Of a stretch of 64,000 nt of DNA, positions 18,295-27,789 are shown one piece after another (position 1 is the first letter of the stretch; every line of letters begins with the position of its first letter). A model generated the notes under the pieces. That model was not told where the DNA came from and did no database searches. It saw nothing but the letters and a program-made list of their open reading frames with translations. The stretch is taken from assembly GCA_963665275.2 (NCBI GenBank), contig CAXXIN010000001.1:32001-96000 (forward strand). The letters run 5' to 3'. The stretch is from Negativicutes bacterium. GTDB lineage: Bacteria; Bacillota; Negativicutes; UBA1444. Both the position numbers and the translations under genes were made by a program.

Positions 18295-19512
18295 ATGAAA
18301 AAATATGTAATTACCAGTTTTGCCAGAACAGCGATCGGCGCCTTTATGGGCGGCCTGAAGGAAGTGCCGGTTCAGGACTTGGCGGCGCTTACGATCAAAG
18401 AGGCGGTGAAACGCTCCAATCTAGGCAGCAAGGATGTGGGTGGCGTCGTCCTCGGCCATGCGATATCCACTGCCGATGCGGGAAATCTGGGCCGACTGGC
18501 GCCCTTGATGGCTGGACTTGACGACGGAACTCCCGGATTCACAGTCAACCGAATTTGTGGTTCCGGCATTCAGGCGGTTATTTCCGCCGTACAGGAAATG
18601 CAGGGGGGCGATCTGGATATTGCGGTTGCCGGCGGCGCCGAAAGCCTGTCGCGAGTTCCGTATTACCTGCCGATGGAAACGCGCTATAAACCGCTGCGCA
18701 ATGGCAATACCACACTCTATTGTTCCAACGAGATGTATGCTCGCAATTGTCAGCCGCTCGACCGTTTCCCGGCGCTGAACATGGGATTGACCGGCGAAAA
18801 TGTAGTTGCGCACCACAATATTTCCCGGGAAGATCAGGATCTCTTTGCCTATCAAAGTCAGATGAAAGCAAAAGCCGCTATGGATAGCGGGCGCTTCGCC
18901 GAAGAGATTGTTCCCGTCGAAATCAAAACCAGGAAAGGTATTGCTTACTTCGACGTGGATGAACACCCCAGACCGGAAGTTACGCTGGAATCCCTGGCGA
19001 AAATGAAACCGGCGTTCAAAAAAGACGGCTCGGTTACGGCCGGCAATGCTTCTGGCATGAATGACGCGGCGGCGGCGCTCGTCATCATGACGGAAGAAAA
19101 GGCGAAAAGTTTGGGGTTGAAACCTCTGGCCTGCATCGGCAGCTATGCAATTTCCGGCATCGATCCGGCCATCATGGGTCTGGGCCCTGTCGGCGCGATT
19201 CAAAAACTGTTGAAAAAAACAGACCTAAGTTTGGAAGATATTGATCTGCTTGAAATCAATGAAGCTTTTGCCGGGCAGGTCCTAGGTTGCTTGAAAGAGC
19301 TGGGCAACTATATCGGTACGCCGCTTTATGACCGCCTCAATGTCAATGGCGGCGCTGTGGCCTTGGGTCATCCGCTTGGAATGAGCGGCGCCCGGCTTGT
19401 CGGCACGATTGCTTATGAATTCCAGCACCGCAAAGAAGCAAGGTACGGCATTGCCTCGGCCTGCATCGGCGGTGGCATGGGCATAGCGCTACTCTTGGAA
19501 AACGTCCAATAA
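18295..19512 (+). CDS. acetyl-CoA acetyltransferase (thiolase)
   Basis: NRICGSG, NEAFA, GHPLG, ACIGGG. Confidence 0.95.
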   Translation: MKKYVITSFARTAIGAFMGGLKEVPVQDLAALTIKEAVKRSNLGSKDVGGVVLGHAISTADAGNLGRLAPLMAGLDDGTPGFTVNRICGSGIQAVISAVQEMQGGDLDIAVAGGAESLSRVPYYLPMETRYKPLRNGNTTLYCSNEMYARNCQPLDRFPALNMGLTGENVVAHHNISREDQDLFAYQSQMKAKAAMDSGRFAEEIVPVEIKTRKGIAYFDVDEHPRPEVTLESLAKMKPAFKKDGSVTAGNASGMNDAAAALVIMTEEKAKSLGLKPLACIGSYAISGIDPAIMGLGPVGAIQKLLKKTDLSLEDIDLLEINEAFAGQVLGCLKELGNYIGTPLYDRLNVNGGAVALGHPLGMSGARLVGTIAYEFQHRKEARYGIASACIGGGMGIALLLENVQ

Positions 19513-19542
19513 ACAGCCGAAAGTGTGAAAGGAGTAAAATTC

Positions 19543-21117
19543 ATGGCTAAAGTAATAACGGCTGATGAAGCGGCCGCGATCATTAAAGACGGTTCGACTG
19601 TGTTATGGACCACCGCGGGATTGTGCGGTTTCGCCGAAGAAATCGCGATGGCGGTCGAGAAGCGTTTTCTGGAAACCGGCTACCCCCGCCAGATTACGGC
19701 CGTACACGATTGCGGTTGCGGCGAAGGCAAAATAAAAGGGATGAACCGATTAGGTTATGAAGGGCTGGTCAAAAGAATAATCTCCGGCCATATTGGTCAA
19801 GCGCCGCGCATGGGGCAATTAATTCTGGAAAACAAAGTGGAAGCTTACCTGATGCCGCAGGGTGTTTTAGCTCATTTATGGCGGCAAATTGCGGGTAAGA
19901 AGCCCGGCGTCATTACCAAAGTGGGAATGGGAACTTTCGTGGATCCCCGCCTAGAAGGCGGTAAAGGAAATGCCAGAACCACAGAGGACCTGGTGAAAGT
20001 GATCGAGCTGGAAGGCGAAGAATGGCTGATGTTCAAAAAATTCCCGGTTGATATGGCCATTATCCGTGGGACTACAGCCGACGAAAAGGGCAACCTTACC
20101 ATGGAAAAAGAGGCTCTTTTCCTAGAATCCCTGCCTATGGCGCAGGCTGTAAAAAATAGTGGCGGCATCGTAATTGCCCAGGTGGAATACCTGGCCAAAG
20201 CTGGGACTATGCATCCCAAGCAAGTCAAAGTCCCTGGCGTTTTGGTCGATTATGTGGTTGTCGCCAAACCGGAAAACCATATGCAGACGATGGGCACTTA
20301 TTTCAATCCGGCGTTGTCCGGCGATGTCAAGATGCCTCTTGCGTCCTTGACGCCGCTGCCTTTTGATGCGCGTAAAATTGTTGCCAGAAGGGCAGCGATG
20401 GAGCTCATGCCCAATACCATCATCAACCTGGGGATCGGTATGCCGGATGGAGTAGGCAGTATTGCCGCCGAGGAAGGGATTACCGAATTACTTACATTAA
20501 CCACCGAGCTGGGGACCTATGGCGGTATGCCGGCCAGTGGAGCGGATTTTGCCACGGCGTACAATGCCGAGGCCATCATTGAACATGAGGCCCAATTCGA
20601 TTTTTATGATGGCGGCGGGCTCGATACTTGTTTTCTGGGGTTGGCGCAAACAGACAAAAACGGTAATTTGAACGTCAGCAAATTTGGCGCCAAAATGGTG
20701 GGTGCCGGCGGGTTTATCAATATTTCACAAAACGCAAAAAAAGTTGTGTTTTGCGGTACTTTCACCAATGGCGCTGAAATTTCTTTGGAAGATGGGAAGA
20801 TTACAATTCTCAAAGAAGGGAAAAACAAAAAATTTATTGACAAAATCGACCAGGTAACTTTCAGCGGACACTATGCGCAACAAACCAATCAACCGGTGCT
20901 GTACGTTACCGAACGAGCTGTTTTCACATTGGAAGATGGTGAATTGACATTGATCGAAATTGCGCCGGGTATTGATCTGGAAAAAGATATTCTGGGAGCT
21001 ATGGAGTTTAAACCTCGAATTTCTCAAAAATTAACAGAAATGTCATCAGCAATTTTCCGGCCCGAGTGGGGTAAATTAAAGGAATTCATCGAGGCAAAAT
21101 CGCACAACGCAAGCTGA
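19543..21117 (+). CDS. acyl-CoA:acetate CoA-transferase (YdiF/Pct type)
   Basis: GTFVDPR, RGTTADEKGN, NLGIGMP, GAGGFINI, YVTERAVF. Confidence 0.9.
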   Translation: MAKVITADEAAAIIKDGSTVLWTTAGLCGFAEEIAMAVEKRFLETGYPRQITAVHDCGCGEGKIKGMNRLGYEGLVKRIISGHIGQAPRMGQLILENKVEAYLMPQGVLAHLWRQIAGKKPGVITKVGMGTFVDPRLEGGKGNARTTEDLVKVIELEGEEWLMFKKFPVDMAIIRGTTADEKGNLTMEKEALFLESLPMAQAVKNSGGIVIAQVEYLAKAGTMHPKQVKVPGVLVDYVVVAKPENHMQTMGTYFNPALSGDVKMPLASLTPLPFDARKIVARRAAMELMPNTIINLGIGMPDGVGSIAAEEGITELLTLTTELGTYGGMPASGADFATAYNAEAIIEHEAQFDFYDGGGLDTCFLGLAQTDKNGNLNVSKFGAKMVGAGGFINISQNAKKVVFCGTFTNGAEISLEDGKITILKEGKNKKFIDKIDQVTFSGHYAQQTNQPVLYVTERAVFTLEDGELTLIEIAPGIDLEKDILGAMEFKPRISQKLTEMSSAIFRPEWGKLKEFIEAKSHNAS

Positions 21118-21201
21118 TCCAAGCGGGGCTCTACAGACGACGAAGCAGTTTGTAGGGCCTCCGGTATCCTAATCATTCAACGGCACGGGAGGTTTCTGGT
21201 T

Positions 21202-22425
21202 GTGAATTATGATTCTCGAAGATGGATGTTTTTGCTTGTGGGCATAATGATTAATATTTGTGTGGGATTTGGGTATGCCTGGAGTGTTTTCCAAAAACCA
21301 CTGATCGATCTGCAAAACTGGCCGGCTGCCGATGTTTCACTGGCGTTTACCCTAATCATGGGAACGTCGGCGCTGCCACAGGCTTTTGCCGGCAAGGCGC
21401 AAGAATATACAGAACCCAAACAAGTTATTTTGGTGGGCGGCATTATGCTGGGATGCGGCGTTCTGGCGCTCGGATACATTCAAACTCTTGGGCATTTGTA
21501 TATGGGAAGCATCATTGTCGGTCTCGGTATCGGCGTCGTTTATTCAGGAACTGTTTCCAATTTAGTCCGCTTCTTTCCTGACAGGCGAGGGCTTGCGGCA
21601 GGGCTGCTGGCGGCGGGAATGGGCTCAGGCGCCATCCTGATAGCGCCGCTCGCTTCGTTCATTATCCTTAAGTACGGAGTTCTCATGGCATTGAAAACTC
21701 TCGGACTATTATTTTTAGTCATAACCTGTGGCCTTTCCCGTTTGGTTGAAACCGCGCCGTTGAATTATCTCCCAGCAGGGCATATAGCGACTGCGGGCAA
21801 CCTACCGATCAACTGCGACACAAATAAAACTTGGCGGGAAATGCTGATGGATGTAAGATTCTACGCTTTGGCCGGGGTATTTGTGATTGGAGGAACATCT
21901 GGCATGATGATCATGGGTCATGCCTCTCCGATCGCACAAGAAGTTCTCAAAATTTCGCCTCAGGCTGCCGCTGCCATTGTTGGCTTTTTGGCCATTGCCA
22001 ATGCGGCTGGACGAGTCTTCTGGGGGTGGTTGTCTGATAAAACCGGCCGCTACCCGATTCTAGTAATCATGTATCTGGTGGGTGGCGGCGCGATGTTGGC
22101 TTTGAGTCAAGTCAGTTCTTCTTTATCTTTTACATCTGTGATGATGAGTGTTGCCCTATGTTATGGTGGATTTATGGGAATGATGGCTTCATTGACTGCG
22201 GATACGTTTGGTCCCAAGTATCTCGGTGTAAATTTCGGAATTATGTTTCTCACAGTCGGCGTAGCAGCATTCATCGGTCCCCATTTGGCGGCTGTTGTTC
22301 GTGAAACCAACCATGGAGATTATTCGCAGGCGTTTGTTATTGCAGCGGCGTTGAATTTGCTCGGCATTGCATTCGCTCTCTTTGCGTATCGTAAACAGAT
22401 CGGACTGCCCAGATTCGCATCATGA
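21202..22425 (+). CDS. MFS transporter, OFA (oxalate:formate antiporter) family
   Basis: YAWSVF, FPDRRGLA, GRVFWGWLSDKTGR. Confidence 0.85.
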   Translation: MNYDSRRWMFLLVGIMINICVGFGYAWSVFQKPLIDLQNWPAADVSLAFTLIMGTSALPQAFAGKAQEYTEPKQVILVGGIMLGCGVLALGYIQTLGHLYMGSIIVGLGIGVVYSGTVSNLVRFFPDRRGLAAGLLAAGMGSGAILIAPLASFIILKYGVLMALKTLGLLFLVITCGLSRLVETAPLNYLPAGHIATAGNLPINCDTNKTWREMLMDVRFYALAGVFVIGGTSGMMIMGHASPIAQEVLKISPQAAAAIVGFLAIANAAGRVFWGWLSDKTGRYPILVIMYLVGGGAMLALSQVSSSLSFTSVMMSVALCYGGFMGMMASLTADTFGPKYLGVNFGIMFLTVGVAAFIGPHLAAVVRETNHGDYSQAFVIAAALNLLGIAFALFAYRKQIGLPRFAS

Positions 22426-22448
22426 ATCGATAAAGGTCTAAGCGACTA

Positions 22449-22488
22449 AAAGAGCCTTTGCAGAAAACTGCAAAGGCTCTTTGGTTTT
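22449..22488. terminator. bidirectional intrinsic terminator
   Basis: AAAGAGCCTTTGCAG-aaaa-CTGCAAAGGCTCTTT between convergent genes. Confidence 0.85.
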
Positions 22489-22498
22489 TGGTAGAAGG

Positions 22499-23020
22499 CT
22501 ATTCTCGATGTAGGTTGTATTTTCTATTCTCATTGCCGATTTGTCCCGTAGCGGTTAACTTGCCATCGGCGGTCAGTTTGTAGGCGATGTTTGCTTGCTT
22601 GTTTTCATAGGGGTAACTGACCAGAAGCTCCTTGGTGTCCGCACTCCAGGACGCCTTGTAGCGCGCCCAGAAAGCTTTTGTCGGATACTTTTTGAGCGCC
22701 TGGAAATCGCCCCTGGCATAAATGACGGTAATGATCCCGACTTCGTCAATCTTTTCCACGATCAAAACGTGCTGCGTAGTATCGCCCCAGTTCTTGCCAT
22801 CCCCTGCCGATATACTGAGCGTTCCCACCCACTTGCCGGACAATCGCGCCAGGTCTTCAGGCACGTTTGGTCCGGGCGGTACAATATTGATGTTCGCGGG
22901 AAGCGGCACCGCATCGGCGCAAAAGCCTATAGAGCCGATTGAAAGAATCGATAAGAGGATACACAGGACTCGCAACGCTAAAATTTTTTTCTGTAGCAGC
23001 AAAATCTTCACTCCTTTCAT
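22499..23020 (-). CDS. secreted hypothetical protein
   Basis: Signal-peptide-like N-terminus, LSGKWVG; start uncertain. Confidence 0.6.
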   Translation of the reverse strand: MKGVKILLLQKKILALRVLCILLSILSIGSIGFCADAVPLPANINIVPPGPNVPEDLARLSGKWVGTLSISAGDGKNWGDTTQHVLIVEKIDEVGIITVIYARGDFQALKKYPTKAFWARYKASWSADTKELLVSYPYENKQANIAYKLTADGKLTATGQIGNENRKYNLHRE

Positions 23021-23298
23021 AATACGAAAATAGAACGCATTTTGAGAAGGGTTTGTGATTTCCTGAGAATCCTGGAGAAGGAAATTGCCTATTTGTGTTG
23101 GCAAGTTGTAGTTTCGATATCAATTTAATAATACCTGCAACAAAATAGAACCTCGAAATAATATAGTGGGTTTCCCGCTCATACTTACACAAAGCTAAAT
23201 TGGCGTTGGCAGGTCGCGATGCATAAATCGGTGTTCGTTAACGAGAAAGAAAGAGTTAAGCAAAGTAAGAAGGGGGATTTGTAGAAAATATTTGTATT

Positions 23299-23883
23299 CT
23301 AATTGGGGGGAGCCGCAAAATCCGAATTCAGTGTTGTCCTATTTTCAGCGATGTAATAAAAACACGCATCGGTGTCACCCCTGTTGAACCATTCATGTTT
23401 TGAACCAATCTGATAAGCGATTGAGTCGCCTTCATCAAGAACAATCTCTTCGGCATTAGATGCGATGCGTAGCGCGAGCTTGCCGGATGCGACCACCAGA
23501 TATTCTTTTAGCGGGGGATTGTGCGGCATGATAAGACCAGTGCTTTTTCCGCAGGGGACGACACAATATTCGAATTCGATCATGCTGAACGGCAGTGAAG
23601 GTGAAAGCAAAAAGCGTTGGTATGAGTCAGCACAGATCTGAACAGGTCGTTCGTTTTTTCGAATAACTCTAATTTTGCTGTCTTCGCTTCGGCCAAGAAG
23701 CTCCGCGATGGAAATTCCCAACGCATCTGCAATTTTACAGGCAACCTCAATGGTGGGGCTTTTTGCACCGCGTTCGATTTCGGAAAGCATTGATAAACTT
23801 ACGCTGCTTGTAGACGATAACTTTTTCAAGGTAAATTGTTGTATCTTGCGATAGCGCTTAACATTCAAGCCGAACTTTGCCAT
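23299..23883 (-). CDS. XRE-family HTH regulator with cupin domain
   Basis: MLSEIERG...PT HTH; cupin GDSI...H.W.N. Confidence 0.88.
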   Translation of the reverse strand: MAKFGLNVKRYRKIQQFTLKKLSSTSSVSLSMLSEIERGAKSPTIEVACKIADALGISIAELLGRSEDSKIRVIRKNERPVQICADSYQRFLLSPSLPFSMIEFEYCVVPCGKSTGLIMPHNPPLKEYLVVASGKLALRIASNAEEIVLDEGDSIAYQIGSKHEWFNRGDTDACFYYIAENRTTLNSDFAAPPN

Positions 23884-24076
23884 GTATATCCTCCATGTTT
23901 AGATAAATATTCCATTGTTATTATAAAACTGTGTGTAATGGGTTGAAAAATACGCTATAGAGGTATAAAATTACTCAATAAAGGAATTGTCATTGGCGAA
24001 TAATTTTTCCGATTCTATGAAAAGTATAGTATACCAACGAAAATAATACTATCGTTGATCGATGGAATGACTTTCC

Positions 24077-24109
24077 TTCGGCTCTGGCAACGGAGCCGAG
24101 TTTATTTTT
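24077..24109 (+). terminator. leader terminator upstream of the MCP operon
   Basis: TTCGGCTCTG-gcaa-CGGAGCCGAG-TTTATTTTT, ending 26 nt before ATG 24136. Confidence 0.7.
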
Positions 24110-24135
24110 GCAAATAGCATGGACGGGGTGAAAAA

Positions 24136-25911
24136 ATGTTAAGCAAGTTTAGTGTGGGAAAAAAGTTGATGGGAGCTTTTTCCTTGTTCACGCTCCTCAC
24201 GTTGGGCGTCGGTTTTGTGGGTTATCATGGCATGGGTAAGATGATGCGGGATTCACAACAATTATTGGGAAATGTTATTCCGGGAATGCAAGCCGTTTTG
24301 ACCATAAGCGATGGACAAAAAGGGGTGTTGGCGGCAGAACGGCTTTTGACAGATCCCAGAATATCGGATCAGAAGCTTAAGGCTCAGCAATACAAATTTA
24401 TTGAGGGAGAAATGAGGAGAATCGATAAAGCCTGGGAGGTATATGAGAATGCCCCCAAGGGGGAGCAGGCAGAGTCTTTGTGGAAAAACATAAAAATGGA
24501 ATGGGGAACTTGGAAACAGCACATACTAAAGACGTTGGAACTTATGAAGGAAAAAGACCGGCTACTGCTATCGGGGATGCTTGTTACCGACCTAAGGGTG
24601 GCGGAACTTGATGCAAAAGCCTTGGAATCTTCAATGCTGGCGAGACAGTCATATCTTGCGATTCAGCCATCTATCGAGCAACTCATTACGCTTAGCGACA
24701 ATGTTGCGCGTGACGCAGGTAAGGTAACAGACGCTACCTATCTACTGGGGCGAAATTTGCTGGCGATCACTCTCCTGTTTGCAATAATGATCGCAATGAT
24801 TTTGGGTGCATACCTTACCCGTTCCATTACGGGACCGATAAAAAAATTGTGCGGGTTGATGTCCAAGGCGGGCGAGGGAGATCTGACTGTTCACGGACAG
24901 GTAGAGTCTCATGACGAGGTTGGACAATTGGTGAATTCGTTCAACAATATGCTGGATCATTTGCGGTCATTGGTTTCCAAAGTCGGTCAGACGGCAGTGG
25001 AACTGTCAGCCGCTTCGGAAGAACTGGCCTCCTCCAGTGAAGAGGTCAGTGCAACTTCTACCGAAGTGGCCAATACCATCCAGGCGGTGACACGGGAAGC
25101 TGAAGCCGGCAATGATTCAATGCTTGAAATTTCAAAAGTTCTGCTGGAGTTGTCCTCCCTGATTCAAATCGCCAAAGAACGAGCCAATGAGGCGGACGAC
25201 GATTCGAAATTGATGCAGAATGCGGCCATTGAAGGGCGTAAAACTGTTGATGAAACCATGCAGTGTATGGACAATATCAAAAGCCAAACGCTGGAAAGCG
25301 AAGAACTGACCCATACACTGAACGTGTATTCGGCTGAAATTCACACGATTACTGAAACAATAACCTCAATTGCCCAACAAACCAATCTGTTGGCGCTCAA
25401 CGCCGCGATAGAAGCGGCTCGCGCCGGGGAAGCGGGAAGAGGGTTTTCTGTTGTCGCAGAAGAGGTGCGAAAACTTGCGGAGCAGTCTAGTAATGGCTCA
25501 AAAGAAGTTGCGGAAAAGCTCGCTAAAGTGACCGAGGCGACCCAGGCGAGCGTAGAGGCAACTATCAAAAGTCGTAACGAAGTTGAGCGTGGCGCTGATT
25601 CGGTTGTGCAGCTTGGCCAAGCGTTGGAAAGAATTTTGGGAGCGATTGAACGGACAGTGGAAAATACATCCCGGATTATTTCTGTGACCGATAACGAGGT
25701 TTCCTCTTCTGAAAAGATTGTTGCGCTGATTAGTACAACCGCTGGCGGAATAGAGACAACTGCGAAACATGCCGAAGAGGTTGCGGCAGCCACCCAAGAA
25801 ACAACGGCGACCATGGAGACCATTGCCGCCAGCGCGGAAGAACTGAGCGCCATCGCTCACGACTTGAAGCAAGGCGTCGAAAAGTTTAAATATAACGAAA
25901 TAGTGGGGTGA
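24136..25911 (+). CDS. methyl-accepting chemotaxis protein
   Basis: TM-4[34 protein letters not shown]. Confidence 0.95.
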   Translation: MLSKFSVGKKLMGAFSLFTLLTLGVGFVGYHGMGKMMRDSQQLLGNVIPGMQAVLTISDGQKGVLAAERLLTDPRISDQKLKAQQYKFIEGEMRRIDKAWEVYENAPKGEQAESLWKNIKMEWGTWKQHILKTLELMKEKDRLLLSGMLVTDLRVAELDAKALESSMLARQSYLAIQPSIEQLITLSDNVARDAGKVTDATYLLGRNLLAITLLFAIMIAMILGAYLTRSITGPIKKLCGLMSKAGEGDLTVHGQVESHDEVGQLVNSFNNMLDHLRSLVSKVGQTAVELSAASEELASSSEEVSATSTEVANTIQAVTREAEAGNDSMLEISKVLLELSSLIQIAKERANEADDDSKLMQNAAIEGRKTVDETMQCMDNIKSQTLESEELTHTLNVYSAEIHTITETITSIAQQTNLLALNAAIEAARAGEAGRGFSVVAEEVRKLAEQSSNGSKEVAEKLAKVTEATQASVEATIKSRNEVERGADSVVQLGQALERILGAIERTVENTSRIISVTDNEVSSSEKIVALISTTAGGIETTAKHAEEVAAATQETTATMETIAASAEELSAIAHDLKQGVEKFKYNEIVG

Positions 25912-26219
25912 ATATTATGGGGTTCAGAATGGAGGAAAACAACGGAAAGGTAACGGTGAAACTCACAGGCGATATGTTTGTGAAGGCAGTGGCCGGGCTG
26001 AGGGAAGAATTGTTGAAGCTCGTTGCGACCGGCAAAATTTGCTTTATTTTTGACATGGGTGAGCTTCGGTATATTGACAGTGCCGGGCTGGGGTTGATGG
26101 TTACTTTGTTGAAAAGAGTAGCTCCGCTAGGCGGTGAAATCCGTGTGCGACACATGAATGGAGTCGTCAAAGAATTGTTTGAACAGACCCGGTTGGATAG
26201 AGTATTCATTATTGAGTAA
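25908..26219 (+). CDS. STAS-domain anti-anti-sigma factor
   Basis: YIDSAGLG with the phosphorylatable Ser; GTGA overlap with the MCP stop. Confidence 0.9.
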   Translation: MNIMGFRMEENNGKVTVKLTGDMFVKAVAGLREELLKLVATGKICFIFDMGELRYIDSAGLGLMVTLLKRVAPLGGEIRVRHMNGVVKELFEQTRLDRVFIIE

Positions 26220-26250
26220 AAATGCAATTCTCCAGAAAGGAACGGAAAGA

Positions 26251-27789
26251 ATGAAAAAAAAGGAAAATCGGCAAATTGTTGCTGAAGTGCTAAATTTTCA
26301 GGTCACAACTTCTATTTTGGATCATGTTTCAGATCTCGTTTGGATCAAGGATAACAATGGTCGGTATATGGCGGTTAGCGAGTCGTTTGGCAACTTGTTC
26401 GGGTTGGAAAAAGACGCATTTATCGGCAAGACGGCCGATGAATTTGATTTTGGCAGTCTTGAGGATGTAGCCGATGACCAAACCGTAATTCGCGATCGAA
26501 AAATTTCAGTCATGCAAAAGACGAAAGTTCTATCGGAAGGAGGGCGACGATTCTTCGAAGTACACAAAGCGCCGATTTGCGATATTGCGGGAAACGTGGT
26601 CGGCATCATCGCAACAGGTCGGGATATTACTGAACTGGTTCAGAAGCAGGAGCATCTACGGTATATCGGTTATCATGATATGCTGACGAAGCTTCACAAC
26701 CGGAATTATTTCGAGCAGCTTCCAGAGAAACTGTTAAAAGATAATGTGGAAAAATTAGGAATGGTGATCTGTGATATTGATGGCCTGAAGTTAGTTAATG
26801 ATACCTTGGGGCATACAGCAGGTGACGAAAGATTGAAAGTTTCCGCAGGCATTCTGGCGCAGTCCGTAGGAAGTTGCGGTGAAGTGTCGCGGATAGGTGG
26901 CGATGAATTTGTGGTTGTTGTGCCGGATGCTTCACAGAAAATAGTTGATATTATTGTTCATCGTATGAAAGTTCTGTTAGAGGAGCATAACTGCAGCTGT
27001 GAACATTTCCCGTTGAATATTTCCTTTGGCGTAGCCATCGGCAATCTAAGCACGACAGACTTTTTCACAATTTTTCGCGATGCTGATAATTCAATGTACC
27101 GGGATAAGATGCTTCATGCCGAAAGCTCTCAGAATGTCATGGTCAAAACCGTTATTAAGATGCTTTCCATGAAAGATTTTATTATGGAAGGGCATGCTGA
27201 GCGGTTGCAAGGGTATGTGACTGCCCTGGGGCAAGCCGCAGGGTTGCATGCAAGTAAGCTGAACGACCTGCGATTGTTAGCGGAATTTCATGATATTGGC
27301 AAGATTGGCATATCGGAGGCTATTCTCAAAAAACCGGGACCCCTTTCAGCCGATGAACTTGTTCAGATGCGGCGACATCCGGAAATAGGGTACCATTTCT
27401 CCAAAGCAATTCCGAACCTTAGTCCCATTTCGGATTGGATTCTTAAACACCATGAGTGGTGGGATGGTTCCGGCTATCCCCTGGGGATAAGAGGGGAAAA
27501 CATCCCTATCGAGGCAAGGATTATACATATTGCCGATGCGTTTGATGCAATGACGCATAATCGCCCGTATCGCAAGTCTCTTGGTCAAAAGTCGGCCATT
27601 CTTGAATTGAAAAGAGGCTCCGGCACTCAATTTGATCCCGATCTGGTCAAGAAATTTCTTCGCTTGGACGAGATCAATACTGTGCAAGTAACAGAACAGG
27701 CTAATTTCACAAAGCCGATTATCCACAAGATGGAGAAGGAAGTATGGATGCAGCAGGCAAACAAGGCTTGCGCAACTGCGGGAATATGA
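26251..27789 (+). CDS. PAS-GGDEF-HD-GYP cyclic-di-GMP enzyme
   Basis: RIGGDEF, FHDIGK, HHEWWDGSGYP. Confidence 0.92.
   Translation: MKKKENRQIVAEVLNFQVTTSILDHVSDLVWIKDNNGRYMAVSESFGNLFGLEKDAFIGKTADEFDFGSLEDVADDQTVIRDRKISVMQKTKVLSEGGRRFFEVHKAPICDIAGNVVGIIATGRDITELVQKQEHLRYIGYHDMLTKLHNRNYFEQLPEKLLKDNVEKLGMVICDIDGLKLVNDTLGHTAGDERLKVSAGILAQSVGSCGEVSRIGGDEFVVVVPDASQKIVDIIVHRMKVLLEEHNCSCEHFPLNISFGVAIGNLSTTDFFTIFRDADNSMYRDKMLHAESSQNVMVKTVIKMLSMKDFIMEGHAERLQGYVTALGQAAGLHASKLNDLRLLAEFHDIGKIGISEAILKKPGPLSADELVQMRRHPEIGYHFSKAIPNLSPISDWILKHHEWWDGSGYPLGIRGENIPIEARIIHIADAFDAMTHNRPYRKSLGQKSAILELKRGSGTQFDPDLVKKFLRLDEINTVQVTEQANFTKPIIHKMEKEVWMQQANKACATAGI

Noticed and set aside
24000-24135. c-di-GMP-I/II riboswitch before the MCP operon
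   Set aside because: GEMM consensus motifs not visible; only the terminator is supported
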